64,000 bases of DNA, taken from assembly GCA_963789835.1 (NCBI GenBank), contig CAWBMF010000009.1:28984-92983 (forward strand), read 5' to 3'. This stretch comes from an uncultured delta proteobacterium (lineage in GTDB: Bacteria; Desulfobacterota; Binatia; Binatales; Binataceae). The position numbers were made by a program, and so were the translations under genes. Under the pieces are notes generated by a model. That model was not told the DNA's origin. It did no database searches and saw nothing but the letters and a program-made list of their open reading frames with translations. The first letter of the stretch is position 1, and every line of letters starts with the position of its first letter. Positions 43,706 through 54,050 of this stretch are shown piece after piece.

Positions 43706-44590
43706 ATGAATCTCCGCCACGCAGCCGCGCTCGCAGTCGGCTGGTGTTTGTTGGTGCCAGCGCATCCATTGTTTGCGCAACCTCCGCCAGAAGCTGTCGC
43801 TGACTGCGGCGGAATCAACAACGATGCCGGAAACGGAATGGGCGGCTGCTACGAAAACCGGAACGGGATCGGCGAAGGGTTCGGTGGGTTCATCGGCGAA
43901 TTGCGGCGGAAGCGGACTGGACGTGGCGCTGGTTATCGACGGGACTGGCGCGATGAAACCGGTCATCGACGACGTCAAGGCCAAGATGGAGCCGCTGGTG
44001 CAGGCGGTCCACCGGCTGGTGCCAATCGCGCGAATCGGGATAGTAGTGTTCGGCGGCAAGGGTGAGGCGATGCAATTCCAGCCGCTTACGCTGTCGCCGC
44101 AAAAGCTCGACACTTTCCTCAACATCATTCAAAGGATGGGTGGCCGCGAATCGGAAGAGGACACGTTCGGCGCCTGCCAGACGGCGATCAACAAGATGGA
44201 CTGGAAGCCGTACGCCAAGAAGGTGATCGTGTTGGTGGGCGATTCGCCGCCGCCTAAGGACGACTTCGTGCCGCTACTGACGATGATTCGGCGGTTCAAA
44301 TCGAACAACGGCACTTTCAGCACAGTGGATGTGGCGGCCGAGGAGCAGGATGGTGAGGTAGATCACAAGGAGCGGCCGAAAAGCTTACCCTCGCGAGAGT
44401 TCTTCCGGCAAACGCAGGCGGCCTACAAAGTGCTGGCCACGGCAGGTGGCGGCTCGATGAAATCACTCACCAAGGACACGCTCATCGATCTGCAGCTGCT
44501 GATCCTGATCTTCGGCGAGCAGTGGCAGTCGCAGGTTTCTGCGTTCGGCCACGGGCTGAACAATCCCAGCTTGAATCCCGGCTCCATAAG
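43706..44590 (+). CDS. secreted vWA-domain protein; frameshift near 43912, 3' end uncertain
   Basis: MNLRHAAALAVGWCLLVPAHPLFA signal, then in another frame GLDVALVIDGTGAM (MIDAS-like), RIGIVVF, WKPYAKKVIVLVGDSPP; no in-frame stop before hpaB. Confidence 0.65.
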
Positions 44591-44687
44591 TCAGGGCCGA
44601 CGCCGGCCGTGCAAATCGCTGGTGGCATCGCCGGAATTCGGTGCTAGGATCGACGTTTCCGATCTGACTGGGAGAAATCGCACTGAT

Positions 44688-46134
44688 ATGGGCGCGCGCT
44701 CGGGCAACAACTATCTCTCGTCGCTGAAAAAGCTCGGCGCGGAAATCTGGATCGGCGGCGCGCGCGCCGGCGACGTTACCGCTCATCCCGCGTTCGCCAA
44801 TTGCGCGCGCTCGGTCGCCTCGCTCTACGACATGCAGATGGAGCATCCCGAGACGATGACCTTTCGCACCGACGACGGCGGCCGCGCCGGCCTGTCGTTC
44901 ATCATTCCGAAAAGCGCCGAAGACCTGCGCAAGCGCTCGCGCATGATGAAGACCTGGGCCGACTTCGGCTGCGGGATGCTCGGACGCACGCCCGATTACC
45001 TCAACGTCAGTCTCGCGGCGATGGCGGCCGCGCGCAATTTTTTTGCCGAGAGCGATCCGCGCCACGGCGACAACATCTGGAACTACTATATGGAAGCGCG
45101 CCATCACGATTGGTGCGCGACGCATACTCTCGTCAATCCGCGCGCGAGCCGCGCGGCAGGATGGGCCGGGCAGACCGACGCCGACCTCGCGCTCAAGCTG
45201 GTCGAGAAGACCAACGACGGCATCGTCGTGAGCGGATGCCGCATGCTCGCGACGCTCGCGCCGCTGTCGGAAGAGCTGCTCGTGTTTCCTTCGACCGTGT
45301 TGAAGGCCGAGCCGGCCGCCGAGCCGTTCGCGCTGTCGTTCGCGATCCAGTGCAACGCCAAGGGCCTGAAGTTCCTCTGCCGCGACGCTTACGACGTGGG
45401 CCGCTCGCGCTTCGACAATCCGCTGGCGTCGCGCTTCGAGGAAATGGACGCGGTGGTCGTGTTCGACAATGTGCTGGTGCCGTGGGAGCGCGTGTTCCTG
45501 TGCGGCGACGTCGCGCGATGCAACGCGCTGTACGCGGGAACCGGCGCCGTCGTGCACATGATGCATCAGGTGGCCGTGAAAAATGTCGCGAAGAGCGAGT
45601 TCGTGCTGGGATTGGCCGCGCGAATCGCCGAGGCCAGCGACGCGATGTCGCTGCCGCACGTGCGCGAGCGCCTGGCCGAGATGATCATGACGGTCGAGAC
45701 GATGCGCGCGTGCCTGCGCGCCGCCGAAGCGGACGCCGCGCCCGACAAGTGGGGCGTGTTCACGCCGGCGCGCGCGCCGCTCGACACGGCGCGCAATCTT
45801 TTCCCGCGGCTGTATCCGCGCATGGTCGAGATAATCCAGCTCAACAGCTCGAGCTCCCTGATGGCGACGCCGTCCGCGGCCGACTTCGCAAATCCGGCCG
45901 AGCTGCCCGACCTCGAGCGCTACTTCGCCGCCGCCGACGCCGGCGCCCAGCGAGCGCGTCGCGCTCTATCGATTGGCGTGGGAGGTCGCGTGCAGCGCAT
46001 TCGGCGGCCGCCAGGTCCTCTACGAGCGCTTCTTCTTCGGCGACCCCGTCCGCATGGCAAGCGCGCTGGTCGACAACACCGACCTGAAGCCGCTCTCCGA
46101 CCGCGTCCGCGCCTTCCTGAAACGTTCCGACTGA
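44688..46134 (+). CDS. hpaB: 4-hydroxyphenylacetate 3-monooxygenase oxygenase component; frameshift near 45948
   Basis: [41 protein letters not shown]; tail [18 protein letters not shown] in another frame to TGA 46134. Confidence 0.88.
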
Positions 46135-46174
46135 TGGCGCAGCAGGGCGGCGACCGCTATCGTCAGCCTCACTC

Positions 46175-46828
46175 ATGGCGAGACTTCGAAAGGCGGCGCG
46201 GATTTGGGGCAATCCCAAAGCGCGCGCGATTGGCGAGCGCGTGCTGTTCACTCCGGACGGCAACGTCTTCACGATCGATCCGCCGGCGATGTTCGGCCGC
46301 CGCGCGCCGATCGAAATCGAGATCGGCGCCGGCAAGGGCGAGTTCATCATCGAGCGCGCTGCCGAATTTCCCGATCGCGACTTTATCGCGATCGAGCTCT
46401 CCGCGACGATCACGCGCGTGCTGGCCGTGCGATGCGGCCGCGCCGCGCTCGACAACATCCGCGTCGTGCGGATGGACGCGCGCACGCTGGTCAACCTGAT
46501 GCTCGCCGACGCGAGCGTGAGCGCCTACCACATCTACTATCCCGACCCGTGGCCGAAGGAGCGTCACGTCAAGCATCGCCTGTTCACGCCGCCGCTGGCA
46601 GCCAGCCTGTTCCGCACGGTCGAGCCCGGCGCGATCGCATATGTCGCGACCGACGTGCGCGATTACGCAGCCGAGATTTTCCCGATGATGCTCGCGGCGG
46701 GTTTCATTCGCGCCGTCGAGGCCGCGCCCGGCGCCGAGCGCACCGGGTTTGCGCGCAAGTACGTCGCCGCGGGCAAGCCGGTGTTTTCAGCCTCGTTCCG
46801 CAAGCCGCGTGAATCCAAAAGTAACTGA
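46175..46828 (+). CDS. trmB: tRNA (guanine-N7)-methyltransferase
   Basis: EIGAGKGEF, YPDPWPKERHVKHRL, ATD..DY, TGFARKY. Confidence 0.9.
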   Translation: MARLRKAARIWGNPKARAIGERVLFTPDGNVFTIDPPAMFGRRAPIEIEIGAGKGEFIIERAAEFPDRDFIAIELSATITRVLAVRCGRAALDNIRVVRMDARTLVNLMLADASVSAYHIYYPDPWPKERHVKHRLFTPPLAASLFRTVEPGAIAYVATDVRDYAAEIFPMMLAAGFIRAVEAAPGAERTGFARKYVAAGKPVFSASFRKPRESKSN

Positions 46829-46932
46829 ATCCGCCCGCTTGGCGCGGCTTGCGCCGAATCCTGTCGAATCCGAATGATCGCCGATGGATTGCAATGCCGG
46901 ACAGGCTTGTCTAACCTTTTTTGCGTCACAAA

Positions 46933-48707
46933 ATGAAACGCCTGTTGGTAATATTGGTGGCTTTTGTACTGCTGCCCGCGTCCGCCTGCAGTCTGCGCCA
47001 GAAGCCCTCCGGCGAGGACTACTACGCGCAGGGCCAGCTCAATTTCGCCAACAAAGAGTACAAGGCCGCGATCGAGAACTATCAGCAGGTGATCGACAAG
47101 TATCCGTTCAGCCCGTACGCCGAAGATGCCGAGATGAAAATCGGCCTCGCCTACTACCAGCAAAAGGATTATGCCGAGGCGATTGGCGCGCTGGACGATT
47201 TCCAGCGGATGCATCCGACCAGCAAGAACCTCGAGCTCGTCACCTACTACATCGGGATGAGCTACTACGATCAGATTGGGCGCGAGGACCAGGATCAGGG
47301 CAAGACCGTCGCCGCGCTCAAGCGCTTCCAGGAACTCGAACAGCGCTTCCCGGAAGGCGACTTCGCCGAGCTGGCGCATGACAAGGTGCTGGTCTGCCGC
47401 GAGATGCTCGCGCGCAACCAGATGATCGTCGGCAACTACTATTACAAGCGGGCGAACTTCCGCGCGGCTGAGTCGCGATTCGCCGAGTTACTGCAGAAGT
47501 ATCCGGAGACTCCGGTCGCGCCCGACGCGCTGTTCGAGCTGGGAATTTCGCTCGAGAGAGAAGGCAAGCGCTACTCGGCGGCGCAGGCTTTCGCCGCCGT
47601 CAAGAAACATTTCCCGGATTCCGGTTACGCGAAGCGAGCGCAGACCGAGCTCGCCAAGCTCCACGAACCAATCGACACTGAAGAGGATCCGCTGCCACTG
47701 GTGCTCGCCGAGACCGGCTACGGCGGCAGTCCCGACGACTCGAACGCGGACAAAGTGGTCGTGCGCCAGCGCTCCGACATGGGCGGTACCCAGGTAGCGT
47801 CGGCCGGCGGCGCGACGGCATACGGCGCCGACGGCCTGCCGATTCTCGACGGGGCCGGCGCCGGCGCATCGAAGACGTCGTCGGATGTTCCTGCTGTGCT
47901 GCACGCGCCCGATCCGTCGCAGCCCGATCTTCCCAGCCAGGCGCCCGGCGGACCTAACATGATGCGTGCGCCCGCGCCGACCCTGCCCAAGCCAACCGGC
48001 AGCATAGCAGGCGCGGCCGACGCGCAGGCGCGCGCGATGACCGGTGTGGCCTCCGCAGCGCCGTCGTCATCGCCGAATCTGATGACGGCGAGCAGCAGCG
48101 CGCCGGTTGCTGAGCCGTCGCATGAAATTCCCGCCGACGTTGACGCCATCAATCCGTCCCAATCGATCACTTCGAGCAGCGGCGCCGCTGACGCACCGCC
48201 GCCGGAAACGACGCATCGTTGGCCGCCGCGGCACCCGCGCCGCCGGCCGCGCCCACCGGCGAGCCGGCGCAGGAGCCGACCTTGCACGAGATGAATACAG
48301 ATCCCGCGGCGTCGGCCCCGCCGTTGTCGCTGGGCGTGCCGCCCACTGCCGGTCCCGCGACGCTGAAAACGATCAGGCTGTCCTCGAACGAGCCGCCGCT
48401 GTCGGTTGTTTTCGAACTCACCGGACCCGTCAGCTTCGACAAAGACCTCGAGAGCAACCCCGATGGTTCGACCGCGACGGTCGTGCTCAAGGACGTCAGG
48501 CCCGACGCCGCGCTGCAGGCTCATCTCGTGTTCGACAAGTCGATCTTCAAGGATTGCAAAGTATCGAGCGACTCGTCCGGCACGACCGTCACTCTGAACA
48601 TGCAGCCGATCGCGCACTTCGCAGTCGTGCCGCTCGAAAGCCCGCCGCGCCTGCTGGTGACGTTCACCCCGCAGTCCGGCACGCTGAAAACCAGCGCCGC
48701 TTACTGA
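46933..48707 (+). CDS. bamD: BamD lipoprotein with long low-complexity linker and C-terminal AMIN-like domain; frameshift near 48205
   Basis: Lipobox ASA-C; TPR region YPFSPYA, FQRMHPTS, DQDQG, FPEG, NYYYKR..RAA..RF..LL..YP; linker continues in frame 48219-48707 ending ESPPRLLVTF. Confidence 0.82.
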
Positions 48708-49988
48708 TTACGCAAACACATCGTCGAACTTGATGCCGAGGAACTTCAGCACCACCTCGGCGTAAACCTTCAGTCCCCAGTAAAAGCCTTCGACCGGCAG
48801 TCGCTCGTCGTTGCCGTGATAGAGCGTGCCGAACGGCATGTGCGGTTCGAGCTTCACCGGCGAGAATCCATAACACTCGGCGCCGAGCTTCGAGTAGAAC
48901 TTGCTGTCGGTCGCGCCGGGGATCATCCATGGAATCGCGAGCGAGCCGGGGTCGGCCGCCTCGACCGTCTGCTTGATCAGCTCGAACAGCGGAGTGTCGG
49001 GACTCGACTCGGCCGGCGGCGCAGTCTTGAGCAACTCGAAGGTCGGCTCGGGACCGACAATCTGCCGCAGCTCGGCCATGAAGCTCTCGGGGTCTTCGCC
49101 GGGCAGCGTGCGACCGTCGAGCACAATCGTCGCCTCGCCGGGAATCACGTTGTCCTTGTATCCCGCGCGCAGAATCGTCGGCGAGACCGTGTTGGAGAGC
49201 ATCGGCGCAAACAGCGGCCCCGGCGATTCGACCGGCACGCCCATTTCCTCGAGCGTCTTGCGCATGAACGGCGAGACGTTCTTGCGCATCGGCGTCCGCA
49301 CGATCCTCGTGATCAACTCGGAAATTCGCGAAATAGCCGTGTCCGATCGCGGCATCGATCCATGCCCCGGCGCCGCCGTGACTTTCATCTTGATCGTGAC
49401 GAAACCCTTTTCCGCCACCTGGATCGGGTAGAAGCGCTTGTTCCTGAGATGAACGGTGAAGCCGCCCACTTCGTTCAGCACGTAGCCGGCGCGGACCAGC
49501 TCGGGATGCCGCTCGACCAGGAACTTTGCGCCGAAATCCGATCCCGCCTCCTCGTCTGCGACCGCCGCCATGATCACGTCGCGATTCGGCTTCGCGCCCG
49601 CGCGCTTCATCGCCGTCATCATCACGAGGTCCATCGCGCATTTCGACTTCATATCGATCGAGCCGCGGCCCCACACGCAGCCGTCGGCGATTTCGCCGCT
49701 GAACGGCTCGCGCGTCCATCCCGACCGCTCGACCGGCACGACATCGGTATGCGACGAAAGCAGCAGGGCGCCCACGGCCGAGTCGGTACCTTTATACCGC
49801 GCAATCAGGCTGGCCCGGGTCGGAGCGCTTTCGCGGATCACCGATTCGACCCCGTGCGCGCCCAGCGCGTCCGCCAGGTAATCCGCGGCGATTCGCTCAT
49901 TTCCAGGCGGGTTGGTGGTGTCGAACCGGACCAGCGCGCGCAGAGAATCAAGCGCCTCCTGCTGAAATGCCTGCCACGAAATGGTCAT
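48708..49988 (-). CDS. M20/M25/M40 family metallopeptidase
   Basis: DTTNPPGNE, SHTDVV, WGRGSIDMK, ADEEAG, GHGS, NVIP, GATDS, HGNDER. Confidence 0.93.
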   Translation of the reverse strand: MTISWQAFQQEALDSLRALVRFDTTNPPGNERIAADYLADALGAHGVESVIRESAPTRASLIARYKGTDSAVGALLLSSHTDVVPVERSGWTREPFSGEIADGCVWGRGSIDMKSKCAMDLVMMTAMKRAGAKPNRDVIMAAVADEEAGSDFGAKFLVERHPELVRAGYVLNEVGGFTVHLRNKRFYPIQVAEKGFVTIKMKVTAAPGHGSMPRSDTAISRISELITRIVRTPMRKNVSPFMRKTLEEMGVPVESPGPLFAPMLSNTVSPTILRAGYKDNVIPGEATIVLDGRTLPGEDPESFMAELRQIVGPEPTFELLKTAPPAESSPDTPLFELIKQTVEAADPGSLAIPWMIPGATDSKFYSKLGAECYGFSPVKLEPHMPFGTLYHGNDERLPVEGFYWGLKVYAEVVLKFLGIKFDDVFA

Positions 49989-50184
49989 TCACTTCCCCTT
50001 TTCGATGGGTACATAATCGACATACAATGCTACAACCTGTTACAACCTAAGTATAGAAGCTTGAACGTCGATTATCGCTACTAAAACGACTCAAATAAAG
50101 CGCCCCACCAACAAAATCGGGCGATATTTGTGGCCGCTGGCATCCCAACGCATCTGACGATAACCTCCGCCCAAGGTTACAGCT

Positions 50185-51036
50185 TTGAGCATAATTTGCG
50201 TCGAGAGAGTTATCGTCGCGGTCAGCGACCTGTCGGCCTCGCGCGAAAGCTGGCGACGCGCCGGGTTCGGTATCGCGAGCAGCGAAAATGACTTCGATCG
50301 CGACGGCATCCGCGTCGCTCGTCTCGCGGCGGGTGCAGTAGAACTCGATCTCTGCGAACTGCACTCCGCCAAATCCAGGTCACCGCTGGCAGAGCATTTG
50401 CGCGCGGCGACCAGCGATGAAAGTCGCGGCGGCATCGTCGGATGGGTCTGGGGCGTCAAGGGTGTCTTGATCTCTGACGAGCCCGAGTCGAGTGCCGGCC
50501 AATCCATCAAAGCGATCGCCATTCCGGGACTGTCGCAGCCCGTCGCCAAAGCCGAGATGCTTTCCTCCGGACTGCCGGGCGTCGTGACCGCTGCCACTCC
50601 GGTTACCCTCGACATCGAGTCGCGCCGCCAGTCGCTCGCGCGGCTATGCGGCCCCAACGCCAACACTGTCGACTATCTCGAACACATCGTCGTGATGACT
50701 CCCGTGCTCGAGGACGCTATCGCCGCCAACGAAGCGATCGGCGTCCCATGCAAGCGAATCCGTGAAGTCGGCAACGGCGCGCGGCAGGCATTCTTCAAAC
50801 TCGAGCAGACCGTGCTGGAAGTCGTGGGGCCGGCGACGCGCGGACGTCCCGGATGCTGGGGCCTCGCGCTCATGTGCGCCGACATCGCGCGAGCAGTCGC
50901 GGTCGCGCGCGAGAACGGCCTGCAGGCGACGGAGCCCAAGCTGGCGATTCAGGGCGGCCAAATCGCGCGCATCGTCGACCCGCTCGACGGCGTCGCGATC
51001 GCGTTCATGCAGCCCGGCCCCCGCCGCGACGACTGA
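50185..51036 (+). CDS. two-domain VOC/glyoxalase-like protein
   Basis: VERVIVAVSDL and LEHIVVMTP.LE modules, QAFF...LEVV, WGLAL; TTG start uncertain. Confidence 0.7.
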   Translation: MSIICVERVIVAVSDLSASRESWRRAGFGIASSENDFDRDGIRVARLAAGAVELDLCELHSAKSRSPLAEHLRAATSDESRGGIVGWVWGVKGVLISDEPESSAGQSIKAIAIPGLSQPVAKAEMLSSGLPGVVTAATPVTLDIESRRQSLARLCGPNANTVDYLEHIVVMTPVLEDAIAANEAIGVPCKRIREVGNGARQAFFKLEQTVLEVVGPATRGRPGCWGLALMCADIARAVAVARENGLQATEPKLAIQGGQIARIVDPLDGVAIAFMQPGPRRDD

Positions 51037-51233
51037 TCGAATTCTGTCATTCCGACGAAGCGAGCAACGCGAAAATCGCGATCGCGCTCATTTAGCCTGG
51101 CCCGCCGCGACGACTGATCGAATTCTGTCATCCTGACGAAGTGAAGACTGATCGGACTCTGTCATCCTGACGAAGCGAGCAACGCGAGCGGCAGGAAGGC
51201 TTCTGCCTCCGGACAGCTTCGCGTCAGCGAAGC
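50993..51233. repeat. degenerate tandem repeats of a gene end plus REP-like unit, followed by hairpins
   Basis: GACTGATCG(A/G)A(T/C)TCTGTCAT(T/C)C(C/T)GACGAAG x3; CGAGCAACGCGA x2; hairpin GCTTCGC-GTCA-GCGAAGC at 51216-51233. Confidence 0.8.
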
Positions 51234-51272
51234 CGGTTCCGGTCTCTGAAAATCGCGCAGCGCCCCTTCGCG

Positions 51273-52064
51273 TCACCGCCCGCTGAAATTCGGATCGCGC
51301 TTCGCCATGAACGCTTCGAGTCCTTCCTTGAAGTCGCCGGAGCGGAACAGCACCAGCAACTGCATGAGCACGTGATGCGTGTGCGATTCGAAGTCCTCGC
51401 TGAGACCGTGACGGAATAACCGCTTCATCGCGCGAATCGCCAGCGGCGCGTTGGCCGCGATCTTCGACGCCCATCGCGTCGCCTCTTCCATCAGTTCTTC
51501 ATGCGCGACGACTTTGTTCGCGAGCCCGAGCTCGACCGCGCGCGCCGGCCCGATGTCGTCGGCGATGAATCCGATTTCGCAAGCCTTCGCCCATCCAACC
51601 AGCCGCGGCAGATACCAGGTGCCGCCGCTTTCGGGCACGATGCCGCGCTTGGCGAACGCGGGCACCAGTTTGGCGCGATCGCTGATCAGCCGCAGATCGC
51701 AGCCGAGCGCGAGATCGAAGCCGTAGCCGGCCGCCGCGCCGTTGATCGCGCAAATCACCGGCAGGTCGATTCGATGCAGCGTCACCGTCGGCAGCTCGCG
51801 CGTGCTGACGTGGGACGCGCCGGGTGCCGCCAGTCCCGCGCCGATACCGCGGCCGGCCGCAGTGTCCTTGAGGTCGAGCCCGCTGCAAAAGCCGCGGCCT
51901 TCGCCGGTCAGGATGATCGCGCGCACCTTCGGATCGCTGTCGAAATCCTTCAGCGCTTCGCCGAGATCGTTGAGCATCTCGACGCTGATGGCGTTCATCC
52001 GGTCTGGCCGGTTGAGCTTCAAAATTCCGAGCTGATTGGTTTTTTCGACGATAAGATCGGCCAT
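51273..52064 (-). CDS. enoyl-CoA hydratase/isomerase family protein
   Basis: LNRPDRMNA, FCSGLDL, AINGAAAGYG, PESGG, DFKEG..AF..KR.P.F.GR; GGAGG RBS before ATG 52064. Confidence 0.92.
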   Translation of the reverse strand: MADLIVEKTNQLGILKLNRPDRMNAISVEMLNDLGEALKDFDSDPKVRAIILTGEGRGFCSGLDLKDTAAGRGIGAGLAAPGASHVSTRELPTVTLHRIDLPVICAINGAAAGYGFDLALGCDLRLISDRAKLVPAFAKRGIVPESGGTWYLPRLVGWAKACEIGFIADDIGPARAVELGLANKVVAHEELMEEATRWASKIAANAPLAIRAMKRLFRHGLSEDFESHTHHVLMQLLVLFRSGDFKEGLEAFMAKRDPNFSGR

Positions 52065-52182
52065 CGCTACTACCTCCGTTCGCGCTTCAGAACCTATCCG
52101 ATTTAGCGAATGAAGCGATACTATGTTAGTAATTGCTCGATTGCTGCGAAAACGGAGTGCGGCCCGAGTACTGGAAAAAGAT

Positions 52183-53073
52183 ATGATCAAACACCTGCCT
52201 GCGTCGGCTTCGGCCGACGAAATCTGCGCGGCGCTCGCCGACGACGGATGCGTCGTCGTTGACAATGTCGTCCGCCCCGAAGTGATGGACGAGGTCGCGC
52301 GCGAGCTGCGTCCCTTTGCCGAGAACACTCCGCTCGGCCCCGACGATTTCAGCGGCCGCCGCACCCGCAGGACCGGCGGACTGATCGCGCGCTCGCCAAA
52401 ATCCCGCGAGCTCGTCATGCATCCGGTCGTGCTCGGCGCCGTCGCCAAGATGCTCGGCCATGCGACCAGCTTTCAGCTCCATCTCACGCAGATTATTTCG
52501 ATCGGCCCCGGCGAGCCGGCTCAGACCATTCATCGCGACCAGTGGGCATTCGATTTCTTCCCCTTCCCGCGCGGCTACGAAGTCCAGTGCAACACAATCT
52601 GGGCGATGACCGACTTCACGGCGGAAAACGGCGCCACCCGCGTCATCCCCGGCAGCAACCATTTCGACGACAAGCTGCGCTTCACCGAAGCCGACACCGA
52701 GCCGGCCGAGATGAGCAAAGGGTCGGTGCTGTTCTACACCGGCAGCATCTATCACGGCGGCGGCGCGAACCGCTCGAAAGAAATCCGCACCGGAATCAAC
52801 ATCACCTACAACGTCTCGTGGCTCCGCCAGGAAGAAAATCAATATTTGTCGGTGCCGCTCGATATCGCCCGCACACTGCCCGTCGACCTGCTGCGACTGA
52901 TGGGCTATCGCCTCGGCGCCTACGCGCTCGGCTATGTCGACGACACTCGCGATCCAATCGAAGTAGTCCGTCCCGACCTCGCCCGCACCGGCTTCCGGCC
53001 GGCGTTGGAAACGCAAGAATCCGCGAGATTCCTGACCACTCAGCCGCGAGCATCGACCGAGAAATCCGAATAG
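52183..53073 (+). CDS. phytanoyl-CoA dioxygenase (PhyH) family Fe/2OG oxygenase
   Basis: HRD, FTAENGATRVIPGS, HGGGAN, WLRQEEN. Confidence 0.9.
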   Translation: MIKHLPASASADEICAALADDGCVVVDNVVRPEVMDEVARELRPFAENTPLGPDDFSGRRTRRTGGLIARSPKSRELVMHPVVLGAVAKMLGHATSFQLHLTQIISIGPGEPAQTIHRDQWAFDFFPFPRGYEVQCNTIWAMTDFTAENGATRVIPGSNHFDDKLRFTEADTEPAEMSKGSVLFYTGSIYHGGGANRSKEIRTGINITYNVSWLRQEENQYLSVPLDIARTLPVDLLRLMGYRLGAYALGYVDDTRDPIEVVRPDLARTGFRPALETQESARFLTTQPRASTEKSE

Positions 53074-53212
53074 TCGGATTCGGTTTCTTCGCCGTCTTTA
53101 CTCCTTCAGCTCGTCGCGGTTAGGCAATCGCAAGACATTTGAACTAGTCTTCGTTCCGACTAAATCTCAAAAGGCGGGGCACAGGTTCAGTCAAACAAAG
53201 GGGGGACGCGCG

Positions 53213-53557
53213 ATGCATGAAATTAAATCGTTCAACATTTTCCAGACGGCCAAGGTGGTTGGGGTACTCTACGGGATCTCGTTCCTGCTCATGGCGATAG
53301 TCGAGTTTCTGGTCGTTGTGATGTTGGGTCATGCGAGGGTGGTGAACCATGGGATGGTGGTGAGTCCTGCGTCGGGTCATCCAGGTGGGAACTTTCCCTT
53401 CGTATTAATGTTCATCGTTGTTCCAGTCTTTGGCACCATCTTCAGCTTCATCGGCGTGGCGTTTGGTTGTTGGCTGTACAACGTACTCGCCCCGCACATC
53501 GGCGGTATTACATTTGAGCTAAATCCAAAGGCAGGCATGAACGGTCCATCAAACTAA
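53213..53557 (+). CDS. small membrane protein (DUF3566-like)
   Basis: EIKS...QTAKV...LY, two TM segments, CWLYNVLA..IGGI.F. Confidence 0.65.
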   Translation: MHEIKSFNIFQTAKVVGVLYGISFLLMAIVEFLVVVMLGHARVVNHGMVVSPASGHPGGNFPFVLMFIVVPVFGTIFSFIGVAFGCWLYNVLAPHIGGITFELNPKAGMNGPSN

Positions 53558-53581
53558 ACCGTCCTCGCCTTACCGGCCAGA

Positions 53582-53956
53582 TTATTCGCCCTTGGCGAAG
53601 CAGACCGCCTCGATATTGTGCCCGTCCGGGTCCAGCACGAACGCGCCGTAGTAGGTCGGACTGTATTGCGGTCGCGGGCCGGGGCCGCCGTTGTCGCGAC
53701 CGCCCGCCTTTATCGCCTCATCATAAAAGCGGCGCACAGTCGCGCGGTCCGTGCTCAAAATCGCGACGTGAGCGTACCCGCGCGGTCCATCATTGCGGCC
53801 GATCCAGATTCGCTCGCGGTCGGGTCCGGCAAACCCCGCGTACTGCTCCTGGTCGTTGCTGAACACGAGCGTGTAGCCGAGCGTCGCCAGCACCTTTTCG
53901 TAAAACGCTTTGCTGCGCAGATAATCCGAAACCCTGAGGCTGATATGGTCGATCAT
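53582..53956 (-). CDS. VOC/glyoxalase family protein
   Basis: IDHISLRVSD..SKAFY, GGRDNGGPG.RP.Y..YYGAFVLDPDGHNIEAVC. Confidence 0.93.
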   Translation of the reverse strand: MIDHISLRVSDYLRSKAFYEKVLATLGYTLVFSNDQEQYAGFAGPDRERIWIGRNDGPRGYAHVAILSTDRATVRRFYDEAIKAGGRDNGGPGPRPQYSPTYYGAFVLDPDGHNIEAVCFAKGE

Positions 53957-54050
53957 CGCATGCCCTCCCGTCCGGCCTTTGGTGAGCGGCCAATCTATTG
54001 CGAGTCGGCAAGCGCGTCCAGTTCCGATCCGTCAGGCTCGTTTCCGCTGT

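Noticed and set aside
43773-46499. 908-aa ORF as one vWA-HpaB fusion protein
   Set aside because: Its start and Arg-rich tail are out-of-frame products of indels, the tail overlaps trmB, and hpaB has its own plausible start; treated as two genes.
50993-51190. CRISPR array
   Set aside because: Only three degenerate copies, irregular spacing, intervening DNA is itself duplicated gene sequence, and there are no cas genes.
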